A DNA stretch of 63,754 nucleotides, the filler included, from Ministeria vibrans ATCC 50519 (Eukaryota > Protista > Filasterea): NCBI GenBank assembly GCA_943704425.1. It is 14 parts of 14 records of this genome, joined end to end, with 100 filler letters (N's around TTAATTAATTAA, not from the genome) between each part and the next. Parts side by side here need not be neighbours in the genome. Positions count along the whole stretch, not along the records: positions 47,007 to 54,680 come from CALSCP010002469.1; positions 54,781 to 56,005 come from CALSCP010002845.1; positions 56,106 to 57,712 come from CALSCP010000460.1; positions 57,813 to 59,199 come from CALSCP010001245.1; positions 59,300 to 61,119 come from CALSCP010001133.1; positions 61,220 to 63,754 come from CALSCP010002360.1; 8 more parts are not named here. One strand, written 5' to 3'. Shown in pieces: positions 49,502-63,754 of this stretch (the first letter of the stretch is position 1; every line of letters begins with the position of its first letter). Under the pieces are notes generated by a model. That model did no database searches. It was not told the DNA's origin and was given only the letters and a program-made list of their open reading frames with translations. Position numbers and translations under genes: made by a program.

Positions 49502-50934
49502 ATGAAAACGACAGAAGAAAGGATTCTGGAGCTGACGACGCGACTTGTCGAGTGTGCCAGTCCATCGCACGACATTGGCGCCAACGAGGCGTGCATGAAG
49601 ATCGTCACAGACTTGTTCAAAGGTGGATTGAAAGCAGAAGTGAGTGTGTGACACTCTTGCGCCCCCACAGACACCAAGTGGACGGTGGAGGAGTTCCGCA
49701 AGACGCCCACGTCCGCGCCGACTGTTCTCATAGCGCCTCGGGCGGGCACGCGGCATGCGCGCGTCCTGTTTCTTGCGCACATCGACGTGGTGCCGATGAG
49801 CGACTACGGTGTCAGGGTGGAGACGGGCGCAGCGGGCACCGTGCTCTATGGGCGCGGAGTGAGCGACATGAAGGGTATGCCTGCGGTGCCCGTGGGCGGG
49901 GGAGGGGGTGGGGGAGCCCCGCCTGTGTGTTGATTGGCGTCTTTGTTTTTGTAGGTCCGACTGCGACTCTGCTGCAGTACGAGCGAGGGAGAACGCACTT
50001 GTATGACTAAGCCCTGTGTGTAGGATTATGCTTGAAATGGACGTGGGGAAGACCGATTTGTGTGCCGTGAGTAAGAGTGCAATGCAGATTAGTGTGTGAT
50101 GTGTATGACTCTGACACCGACTGTGCAGTTGTGAGCGATGAGGAGATTGGAGGCATTGACTGTGCCAAGTATGTGTTCTCGGACGAGGACGGACCCAAGA
50201 TCAACTGCGACGTGTGTGTGTGTCCCGATGGTACGTGCGCACACAAATGGGTATGATGTTGATTGGCGCGCCTGTGCGGTTTGTTAGGAGGCGACGGGTT
50301 TAAGCTGGTGACACATGAAAAGGGGGTGTTGAGGGCTGAGCTGAGTGCACAGGTGAGTCAGCGAGTAGAGTAACTATAAATTACAATGTGCGCGGCGGGT
50401 GTGCGTAGGGGACAGCGGCGCACTCTGCTTATCCGTGGCTGGGGCGCAATGCGATTGAGATGTTGATGGGGGATCTTGCGCGGGTGCGGGATGCCCGCAC
50501 AGGGGACGACGCAGACGCACCGTTGGTGTTCGACAGTGCTGGACCACAGTGGCACACGACCATGCAGCCCACCCTTGCCACGGCAGGAGCTGCCATTAAC
50601 CAGGTCTGAGAAGAGAGAAGGAGAGAGAGACAGTGAGGGGTGTTTGTCTTGAGTTGTATATACGTGAATGTCGTGTTCCTCTCGAATGTGTGTAATTCTC
50701 TCTTGCACTTCTGACTTGTTTGTATAGGTTCCTGCTGCTGCATCCGCCAAGTTAGACATGCGTTTTACTGAGGAGTGGACTGTGGAGACGCTCAAGGCCA
50801 AAGTGGCGTCGGTTGTGGAGCAGTGCAGTGTGGACTTTTTTTTTGCACAGCCTATGTTGGTGTGTCCCAAAGGTAAGAAGAGGGTGAGAGAAGAAAAGGG
50901 GGGGGGCAGTGTGAGTGAGTGTCATCGTGTGTTA

Positions 50935-50971
<37 letters not shown>

Positions 50972-51297
50972 AGCGTAGAGAGCCAGTGGATGCGCGATGC
51001 AGCGCAGGTAGTGGCCAAGCACACTGCCGTGGACGTCGATGCCGTCCAGTACAGCCGTGGTCACGGCACCTCCGATGGTCACTGGGCCCCGTTCCCTGTC
51101 GGTACATCTTGTGTTCTGTCTTCTTCCTCTTGTGGTGCGGCTAGTCGCTCACTCTGGACCTGTTGTGTTGTGTAGTGATGTACAAGCCTGTGGGCGGCGG
51201 TCTCCATCAAGTCGACGAGTGGGTTGACTTTGAGTCGCTCATCACCTACTACCACATTACGAAAGAGCTCACGCTTCTCTGGGCAACAAAGCAATAA
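49502..51297 (+). CDS. M20 family metallopeptidase (DapE/ArgE-like), multi-exon
   Basis: AHIDVVP, YGRGVSDMK|G, SDEEIGG, PD|GG, HEKG, AAHSAYPWLGRNAI, HGTSDG, GGGLHQVDEWV. Confidence 0.92.
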
Positions 51298-51630
51298 AAT
51301 ATTTGTTTTTTGTTTTTTTTTTGTTTGATTGGTTCCTTTGCTGTTGAGGCAGAGCACTCAGTATAACACGCTGCATTTATTGCTGCAAGTCGGGCAGAGA
51401 ATAAGAACCCTATCAACTCTCTTGGCTCTAACCTGATTCTAAACTTCTAATTTCTAACTCTCGTCACTGAGACACTCACTACTTAGTCACACTTCTGTAG
51501 CTTAAAAAGTGGTTCTAAGCTGTTTGTGTTGGTCGCTTTTCGTTTGTGATTGATAATAAATTGGAAATGTCTTCTTCTTCTTTCACTAGTCACTACTTAG
51601 TCACTCAATTATTTAACTTAGTCTGCTTAC

Positions 51631-54081
<2,451 letters not shown>

Positions 54082-54648
54082 ATTAAAAATTAATATCAAA
54101 AGAACGTATCAATCTTTGGCTTGGCTTGTCTCAATCATTTAAGGTACCGGAACGACAAAATGAAACATTCACATGAATGTCATTGATCCAAGACAACATG
54201 AGTGATGAGAAGCGTAGCTGACTGAGAAACCCCAAAGCACCTATTTCTCTCACTCCACAATCCGCACTCAAGTTGTTCAGTAAGAGTTCTACAAGTTTTA
54301 TGTGCTGGAACGACGCGTATTAGTGCATATTTCAATATGGATTCGCTCATTTAAGCCGTCAGAGTGACGTCATACCCCAGTTTATATTCATTATTTCGCC
54401 GTATATATATTATTATTAAATTCAACTATTTATAATATTCGCATTATATCTATTTACATGCTGTATTATTTTCCAATAATATATATTAGACGAAATTCAC
54501 ATGTTATTATTTTCTGTTTTCTGAAATTTGAGCGCTCAATTGATCTCGAGAATGAGTGACATCTTCAAGTCGTCGACGCTATGTATGCATAAAGAGGTTC
54601 TCCAACTTGACGAGACACGGTAGCACGAAGAACCGCGGGTACTTCGCT

Positions 54649-54680
<32 letters not shown>

Positions 54681-54780
54681 NNNNNNNNNNNNNNNNNNNN
54701 NNNNNNNNNNNNNNNNNNNNNNNNTTAATTAATTAANNNNNNNNNNNNNNNNNNNNNNNNNNNNNNNNNNNNNNNNNNNN

Positions 54781-54865
<85 letters not shown>

Positions 54866-54942
54866 TGTGTGTGCGTATGTATGTGTATGTGTATGTTTGA
54901 TTATGATTTGGAGAGTGGGCCTCACACGACGATTGAATGTAG

Positions 54943-55533
<591 letters not shown>

Positions 55534-55598
55534 CCAATAAATAATAGAACTGAAAATGCAAACTAAAACACACAAGGAGACGGGCCCTTTCATTCGGT

Positions 55599-55895
55599 TT
55601 AAGGTTGAGCAATGAAGAATGGCTCAACCGGTACACCGTTTGCAAACTGCGATGTCTTGGGAAAATTGGGCGAATATGTCTGACCCTGAGTGCGCTGCAT
55701 GAGTTGACCATTTTTTACCCACTGCACACGAGAGAAATGAGAAACAGGATTGAAAAAGAGAAAGAGTAATGTTGAGTAATGGGTGAGCGTGTGGGAGAAA
55801 CACGTAAGACACACCTGTGGTCCGCGGTTCTCACGCTCAAATTGGTCCACCATGCGCTGGCGCCACAGAGCCAGCGTGCTCGCATGCTCGGGGTC
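55599..55895 (-). CDS. Arylsulfatase C-terminus (bacterial-like), last two exons
   Basis: DPEHASTLALWRQRMVDQFERENRGPQ|WVKNGQLMQRTQGQTYSPNFP resembles the C-terminal tail of bacterial arylsulfatases. Confidence 0.65.
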   Translation of the reverse strand, partial: DPEHASTLALWRQRMVDQFERENRGPQVCLTCFSHTLTHYSTLLFLFFNPVSHFSRVQWVKNGQLMQRTQGQTYSPNFPKTSQFANGVPVEPFFIAQP

Positions 55896-55930
55896 CTACA
55901 ATACTACCATTACACACACAAAAAAGATAT

Positions 55931-56005
<75 letters not shown>

Positions 56006-56105
56006 NNNNNNNNNNNNNNNNNNNNNNNNNNNNNNNNNNNNNNNNNNNNTTAATTAATTAANNNNNNNNNNNNNNNNNNNNNNNNNNNNNNNNNNNNNNN
56101 NNNNN

Positions 56106-56166
<61 letters not shown>

Positions 56167-56526
56167 GACGGTTATTACTTTACAACAACTTTTTAGCGCA
56201 GTGTGAGCAACCAAAAGTACCTGGTTTGCGACGTGTACGACATGGACGGCGACCCATACGCCCCCTCGTCGACAGCAGGTGAGCCGGGCGTGTCTCGGTC
56301 GCGTCCGTTCTTGTCACGACCATTGTCATTCTACGGAGACGGCGCTTACAACCCCAACCCAGCCCCATCCGCCACCAAACGCAAGCCTACCGACAGCGAC
56401 CTAGCCTGCGGATCCCAGCGTCGCGGAACAAACCCACCGGACATGATTGAAAAAATTGATTGATCAACGAATATAAAAATTCAATCGATTTATTTACGTC
56501 TTACTCTGGTCGTTGTCTGTTCTGCC

Positions 56527-57601
56527 ATGCTATCCTTATTGAGACGAACTGCAACGCGAAGTCCGGCAATGGCGCGTAAGACGACTGGCTGAGTCATTTT
56601 GGGTTGAAACTGACTCTTTCTCAATGTAGTTTCGCAGCTGCGCGTTGCTCGTCGCTCCTTCAACGACATTCCTTCGGACCGTAAGATGCACAAACCCCTC
56701 CTTCTCTAAAATCAGAAAACAAGGAGCAGTTTTTTGGTCTTTTGTGTATTGCTTTTTTTTCCGTTTTCGTTTCGTCTGACAGTCTTCTTGTCGAACGTCA
56801 TCGTGAACGGTGCTCTCCGTCCGTGTCTAGTACACCCATTCATGCACCCCATCCCGTTGCTACTGGGCCACCATCATTAATATCGAGTGCTTCAATCTTG
56901 AAAATTTCAACTTCTTACCTTTCTTACCTCTTCTCTCTCTCACTCTCTGCGTTGCTACAGCGGTCAAGCCTCCACCCAAGGGCGAGCAACTGGCGGAAAT
57001 GGGTGCGTACGTGCTGAAGATGATGCCCAAGTTTGTGCAGGAGACGCGAGTGATGAACGGACGGGAACTGGAGATCCTCTGTGCGCCCACCGCCATTCTG
57101 CCTGTGCTGGAGTTCCTGCGCGACCACACGCCGCTGCAGTTCAAGCAACTGGTGGACCTGTGTGGTATGGATGTGCCGAAGCGTGAGAACCGCTTTGAGG
57201 TGATCTACAACCTCATGTCGGTGCGTCACAATATGCGTGTGACCGTCAAGACGTACTGCAGCGAACTCCAGGGTGTCGAGTCGGCGAGCGTTCTCTACGA
57301 CTCCGCCCTCTGGTTTGAGCGCGAAGCTTGGGACATGTACGGCATCTTCTTTGCGAACCATCCGGATCTGCGTCGCATTCTCACCGACTATGGCTTTGAG
57401 GGACATCCCTTCCGCCGCGACTTCCCTCTCTCGGGCTTTGTCGAGTGCCGCTACGACGACTCTGCCAAGCGTGTTGTTGTCGAGCCCCTTGAGCTTGCCC
57501 AAGAGTTCCGCAAGTTCGACCTGTCAAGTCCATGGAACCAGCTGTCGGGTGGTGGTCAACGCACGCCCGACGACGGCGAGCTCACCAGCCCAAAGAGCTG
57601 A
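56527..57601 (+). CDS. NDUFS3: NADH:ubiquinone oxidoreductase 30-kDa subunit, nuclear-encoded with presequence exons
   Basis: [75 protein letters not shown]. Confidence 0.97.
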
Positions 57602-57679
57602 GAGGCACCGCGCAAAAAAGCCAAAAAGAGAAGAACAGAAGAGAGTGACACCGAGTCGAGTGTATGTGTACAATTGAAA

Positions 57680-57712
<33 letters not shown>

Positions 57713-57812
57713 NNNNNNNNNNNNNNNNNNNNNNNNNNNNNNNNNNNNNNNNNNNNTTAATTAATTAANNNNNNNNNNNNNNNNNNNNNNNNNNNNNNNN
57801 NNNNNNNNNNNN

Positions 57813-57845
<33 letters not shown>

Positions 57846-57887
57846 GTCAAAGACTCGAAAAAAAAAAAGAAAAAAAAGAGTGCTTAC

Positions 57888-58412
57888 AGCGTAGGCCTTG
57901 GACACCTTGTTGAGGGAGCCAGCAGTGCGCATCTTGAGGACAACCTCGCCCTCGGGGGTCGCGGTGAGGCCAATGGTGCGGTGGCGGACCAGACCGTTCG
58001 TCTTGAAGGTGTTCGTGTTGGTCAGGTTCTGCGCCTCAGCCGAGAAGGTCGCGCCCTGCGACTTGCGCAGAAACGAAGACGATTTCTAAACGAGGCACAT
58101 GCAGGGATGAGTGACAAGGCGCCCAAGCGGCTTTGCGACCCAACAGACAAAGTCAAAAAAAAAAAAAAAAAAAAAAAACGAAAAAATGGAACGTGGAAGG
58201 AAGCAGAGTGGGGCAGAGACACGCAGAGGAGTGTGCGGCACAGGGATGCGGCTGAGCCAAGCAGGATCCGTTGCGAATGCGCCGTTCAAGTGTCAGCGTG
58301 CAACTGAGTTTTTTTTGAAGAAAAAAAAAACCGGCGGCCAAACGGGCGCCAGGAGACATGTAAGGGCTTCGTCTAGTACCTTGATGGTAAGCCACTGGAT
58401 CTCAGCCGACAT
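57888..58412 (-). CDS. RPL28: 60S ribosomal protein eL28, first two exons
   Basis: MSAEIQWLTIK|KSSSFLRKSQGATFSAEAQNLTNTNTFKTNGLV. Confidence 0.92.
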
Positions 58413-58760
58413 TGTACTATGCAAAAAGGACAGTTTCAGCGATTTTCACTTTTCGCGTAAAAAATGAGAGAGAGAGAGAGTTGAGCGAGAGAGAGAGAGA
58501 AAGAGAGTGAAAGAGCCACGAGAGAAGGTTAGAGACACAGGGTAGGTCACACTCACCAAGAGTAAGCAGAAAAAAAAGGACCCAAATTGGTTATTGGTTA
58601 TTGACTAAAAATTCGTCAAATTGGATAATGGTTTATAATTTTCTATGTATTTTTCTATTTATTTCGATTTGGTTTCTTGATTTGTATGGTTGGTAAAGAC
58701 AAAATATAAACTTCATTGACACACACACAGGCGAAAGTGGTAGAAAACAAAAGAAAGGAC

Positions 58761-59077
58761 TCACATGATGGAGCAGTTGTCCTTGTCGGCAGCACCGGCG
58801 CCGGCAGCACCGTGAGGCGACGAGGAGCCTGGCGAGCGGGGAGTGGGGTCACCACGAGAGCCAAAGAGCTCGTCGGCCTCGGACTGGGTCACCTGGATCT
58901 TGGACACGACGCGCTTCTGCGTGTTCTTGAGCTCGACGGTCGCTTCATGCTGGTCCCACGGAACGGTCTTTTGGGCCCAGAAGAGATCTCCAGCAGGCTT
59001 GGAACGCGCGTTGTAGGCGCTCTTGCCGGTCCACACCGTCACTGTGCTCTTGCCTTCCACTTCCGTGTTCTTCGGGA
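58761..59077 (-). CDS. Lamin-like protein, terminal exon (lamin tail Ig domain + CaaX CSIM)
   Basis: PKNTEVEGKSTVTVWTG...GDLFWAQKTVPW...VELKNTQKRVVS (lamin tail pattern), DELFGSRGDP, ends KDNCSIM*. Confidence 0.75.
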
Positions 59078-59121
59078 CTAAAAGAAGAAAAGAGAGAGAG
59101 AGAGAGGAGAAAGAAACAAAG

Positions 59122-59199
<78 letters not shown>

Positions 59200-59299
59200 N
59201 NNNNNNNNNNNNNNNNNNNNNNNNNNNNNNNNNNNNNNNNNNNTTAATTAATTAANNNNNNNNNNNNNNNNNNNNNNNNNNNNNNNNNNNNNNNNNNNN

Positions 59300-59334
<35 letters not shown>

Positions 59335-59807
59335 GCGAAATCGTACGACAGACGGAACAGTCCCTATCATGCCTGACCAACGCCGACCAGCCATCAGAGA
59401 GCCCAAGAACTACGCACGGCGGGTGTGAGAAGGGCATGCGGAGGGCGGAGTGTCGCGTGAGAGGGGTGATGAACTTTTCGGAGGGTTGTCCTGTACCACG
59501 CCAAGCTGAGACGCATCGCTCAGGCGACGGGACGGCGGCTCGTCCTGATCAGAGCCCAGGGATAGAGAGCTTGATCGTCGGTTCTCCATATGAGAGGATT
59601 TAATAATATTAGTTGTGAGTTGTGACTTGTGAATTCAGTCGGTCGTCAATATCAGAACTTTCATCATAAGTTAGTTATGTTTTGTCAATGCGCATTTTAC
59701 ATTATTATAGTAAAATACTTAAAATAAAACCCATGGGCCATGAAAGGGTGATTTTCCACAGAGAACGAGAGAAGAGAGAGTAAAAAATCGGGTTGTTCTG
59801 ATGTTTT

Positions 59808-60962
59808 TTACTGTGAGGGTTCTTTCGCCAGAGCGAAACCGACTCGTTCGGGTTTCACTGAGTTGTCGTAGACTGAGTAGTATTTGCGCAGAAACGGATC
59901 GCCTAAGAGATAAACAGAGGAAAAGGGACAATCGAGATCACAATCAATCGGAATGAATCAGTTTCACAATCAATAATCGGATTCAAACACCAATCAACTC
60001 GAACAACACACAATCATAAACAGACACACTCACAGAGAGATAACGAGAAAAACACAACCAATAAAACACTCACACCGTACCCATAATAAAAAAGGGCGTT
60101 GTCAGGAGCATACTCTCCATTCCCAGCAGACACTTTCCATCCTCCTTGATCACATAGAATTCCGGTTCCAGAGGATAGTCCATACCATTGAACACAAACG
60201 TCACAACGGGAAGCGACTTGACATTCGAGCAATCCTCGGACACATTTCCAATCTTCGCAATGATCGGATTGATCGCGTAAGGAGGACCTAAACACAATCG
60301 TGAGTAAGAGAAGGTACAAGTGACTGAAATTATTTTGTATCGTATCACAGTTAGACACTCCAACAACAACAACGTACCCATGGGAGTTGATAGATGAAAA
60401 GAACAGCTCCAACAACAACAAAAAAAAAAAAAAAAAACTCAAATCACACATATAGTTAATCATACACTCACATGAATCACACAACATACCACACTCACGG
60501 ATCACATTTCAATCATAACATGCACAAAATCTCTCCCCTCTCTCCTCTTTCTCCTTGTCACACACACTGACATACCAACAATAATCGAAGTTCCCGTATC
60601 AATCACTGCCGGACAGTACTCGTCCTTACAGTGGTGTGCCACTGCACCCCCCACTTTCACTTCCGCCATTCCCAACAGCCAATACCTTAAACATTAAAAA
60701 TACCCAAATATTAGTTCACTCTCTTTCTTCACACAATACCCTCATTCCTCTCTCACATTGCTTTTTTTTGTCTTTTCTTCTTACGACTCCAAATCGACAT
60801 TATGATAGGTAATCTCGCCCGAGTAGTAGCTTGGGTCGGTTCCGCCCAAAATGACTGCACTTGATGTTCCACCAATTTCCGACGACAGAAATACGCTGAA
60901 TATTTCCGACGCAATTGCGCCTGTTTCGACAAGTCGTTCCATAACAGTCGTCATTCCTGAAT
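59808..60962 (-). CDS. Pepsin/cathepsin D-like aspartic protease (A1), 3' part
   Basis: FSVFL, ILGGTDPSYYSG, YW, AVIDTGTSII, DCSNVKSLP, FIMG|DPFLRKYYSVYD...RVGFA. Confidence 0.95.
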
Positions 60963-60969
60963 GGCAGAC

Positions 60970-61063
<94 letters not shown>

Positions 61064-61219
61064 GGGGGAGAGAGAGAAAGGAGGGAGAAAGAAACAAAGT
61101 GATAGAGAGAGAGAGAGAGNNNNNNNNNNNNNNNNNNNNNNNNNNNNNNNNNNNNNNNNNNNNTTAATTAATTAANNNNNNNNNNNNNNNNNNNNNNNNN
61201 NNNNNNNNNNNNNNNNNNN

Positions 61220-63632
61220 TGATGCTGTAGCAGTGGTGGAGTCGTCGCGACTGCTGCGACGACCCTCATCGTGGTGGGAAGTGCGATGACGGTCACGTTC
61301 ACGATCACGTTCACGATCACGTTCACGACCACGTTCACGATCACGATCACGGTCGCGCTCACGATCACGATCTCGCGATGGCGCTGCAGAGGATGATGAT
61401 GCTTTAGGGTCTTCGAGATCACGTCGTGACGCCTTGAGTCGGTCGTAGCTGTACTCTTCGCGTGGCTTGGCACTGCGACTGCCTCCACGACCACCGCGTG
61501 ACGACGGCGGATACGGGTTGTACGGGGGCTGTGCGGCCGTGGGCGGAACTGCTCCGTACGGGTGAGGCAGTGGCAGAGACGCACCGGCAGTTGGGGGGAA
61601 GCCCATTCCACCGAAAGGCATTGGAAATCCTAGAACATACACACCACAATCAATTACGATGTCTCTCGAGTATCACACTGTTCCTCTTACCACCCATGAA
61701 AGGATTCATGTAAGGATTTCCATTGCTGTACATGGCGGCAGCCGCGGCAGCTGCCGCGGCTGCAGCAAACTTCTCGTCGACCGCGCCGTGTGCACTGATG
61801 AGTGGCGCAGGTGCAGGTGCAACAGAGGCAGCGTCGGCCGTCTGCTGTTGCGCATTACCCGTCTCGTTTGACACAGTGGCATTAGAAACATTGGTAGATG
61901 ATGGAGTAGAGATAGGCGTGAGGGTAGTGGAAACGACAGTAGTAGTAGTAGTAGTGGTATCTTGAGGGAGTGCATTGGTCGGGTCACCGCCACTTTCAGT
62001 GCGCGCGCGCTTCCCACTGCGCTCGCCCGTTCCCTCCCCTGCTGTTGCTGTTGCCTCCACTCCGTTTGCCCCTTTGTCCTCCTCCACCCCCACATTCTTC
62101 TTCTCTGCACCATCACCTTCTTCTTCCAGTGGGCGTTTGGTGCCCGCACTTGCATTGTCAGTGCTCACTTTGGAGCTCTCCTCTTCACTGTCTTTACTGC
62201 CGGAAAGATACTCTTTGATCTGTTTGCGCAGCGGTCCATTGACCAACAAATCATCAGGCGACACACCGTTATTCTGGCACTGTGGACACACAAATGACTC
62301 AATGAGCTTGGGACGGACACACTCATCACAAAAACTGGCGGCACAACACGGCACCGAAACGGCATCGCGCATCAGCTGCGAGCACAGCGGACACTTGAGC
62401 TCAATCGGCGCATCGGCATGCTTGTCTTCCGGTCCTTTCGGCAGCACATTCGACTCCTTTACATAGTTGTCAAACACTTCCCTAATATTAAGAGTGAGTA
62501 CACATGAAAACAATGAGGAAGAAACAAAAAAAGTGACACACTTACTCTTGCACTTTGACCTTGTAAAAGGACACTCCGTCCATTCCCACAACAATCTGGA
62601 CGTCCTTGCCGGTGTACTCGCTGGGGTCGTCAATGCGCTCAAGGAAGGCACGCGGAATGCCTGCAGCCGACCGGATTACTCGTCGGTCGTATGCGGGATC
62701 GCCATTCTTAGGGCAGTTGATGATAAAGTGACCTATGAGAAAAAAAAGAATTATTATTGATTATTAAAAATTCTAATGTTGTCGGGCCAATACTGAGCTG
62801 TTTGAAACAATACAACTATCTACTATGACCGTACTGTCAATTTTTTTCTGCGTGGGTTTCCAGCAATTGAAGAGAGGAAAGGACGAAAATGACGGGTTCA
62901 TTTCACAAAAAGTCAAACCCCGGTGCAAAGGTTACCAATTTACGATTTCGAACGCGACAACACGAAACAGCTCACGAGGCACACACACGAGAAGCAACCC
63001 CCCCCTCCCCCCCCCACCCCGGTTGTAAAAGAAATACCTTTCTCGCCGCATCTACGACAGGTGTACGATGCAGGTGGGGTACCCGTCATGCCACCACCAC
63101 GACGTACAAAGCCACCTCGTCCCATACCACCACGACCACCACCGCGGCCCATCATGCCACCGCGCTGCTGGAACAGCGGCTGGCCTCGTCCTGTACCGCC
63201 TGCGGTGGACTGTGACGCGGCTGATGTGTTGGACCCGCTGCTGAAGACGGGCGTACGACTGCTCTCCGCTCTGTACAAAACCAAAAAAAAAAACAATAAT
63301 ATATAGAATTGGAGAAAAAATATTAATCGAACGCAAACGGAACTCTTGCGAAGAGGGAGAAAGAGAAAATATCATGTCGTTGAGTTCGTTCTTTAGCGGT
63401 ATAAGTGCGTCTGTGGCTTTTTTTTTTTTTTTTTGTGTGTGTGTGTCGACTGAAAGCAAAAGTGAGCGAACGGAGGGAGAAATAGTGTGTGTCGTTTTTA
63501 TCAGTATGTAACGTCGTATACGTTGGAATGGAAGCCGACAGGTACGAAGCGAGCATGTTGGGACGGTCTGACGGGACGCGCTGAGCAACCACGACGGAGT
63601 TGGGGCCCACGATGTGTTTATCGTCGTAGAGA
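61220..63632 (-). CDS. RBBP6: RBBP6/Mpe1 (DWNN end, zinc knuckle, RING, RD-rich tail), truncated at both ends
   Basis: PNSVVVAQRVP, PPASYTCRRCGEK|GHFIINCP.NGD, GIPRAFL, ELKCPLCSQLMRDAV..PCCAASFCDECVR...CPQC. Confidence 0.93.
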
Positions 63633-63688
63633 ACTGAGAGTTTGAGAGATTGAGAGATTGAGAGATTGAGAGATTGAGAGATTGAGAG

Positions 63689-63754
<66 letters not shown>

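Noticed and set aside
56203-56463. Short ORF upstream of NDUFS3, likely the last exon of another gene
   Set aside because: No identifiable domain and no visible upstream exons.
58086-58379. Possible snoRNA in the RPL28 intron
   Set aside because: No box C/box D pair or convincing H/ACA layout found on the sense strand.
59330-59592. GC-rich block that could be an ncRNA or the 5' exons of a minus-strand gene (MENRRSSSLSLG...)
   Set aside because: No RNA family motif and no recognisable protein; too short and truncated to call.

Overview
This is not contiguous genomic DNA. It is 14 contigs joined by 13 artificial 100-nt linkers (N-run, TTAATTAATTAA, N-run), plus two 10-N gaps. The DNA is eukaryotic and gene-dense, with short GT-AG introns rich in microsatellites and very short divergent promoters. 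The gene set (Src-family kinase, PINCH, polybromo, lamin tail with CaaX, Notch-type EGF arrays) points to a unicellular holozoan; this is inference, and the contigs may not all come from one genome. Recognisable genes: NT5DC1, Src-family SH3, Hsp90, BPI-like protein, divergent H2A, three sulfatases, Y_phosphatase3, NOA1, polybromo, PINCH, PIG-N-like, ZRANB3, VPS11, Mx-like pseudogene, ALG14, M20 peptidase, TENT4/PAPD5, galactokinase, NDUFS3, RPL28, lamin, aspartic protease and RBBP6. The most unusual observations are: (1) two different EGF-repeat genes on separate contigs carry the same ~125-aa domain inserted inside an EGF module between Cys3 and Cys4; (2) a polybromo protein with about 11 bromodomains, most of them degenerate; (3) a PIG-N homolog lacking its metal ligands; (4) a lamin tail with a B-type-like motif; (5) an intronless cubilin-N-like/EGF/SBBP-propeller chimera; (6) an H2A with a replaced C-terminus; (7) a ~28-bp element recurring in introns of six genes. 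All calls come from manual translation and motif recall. No database searches were run.
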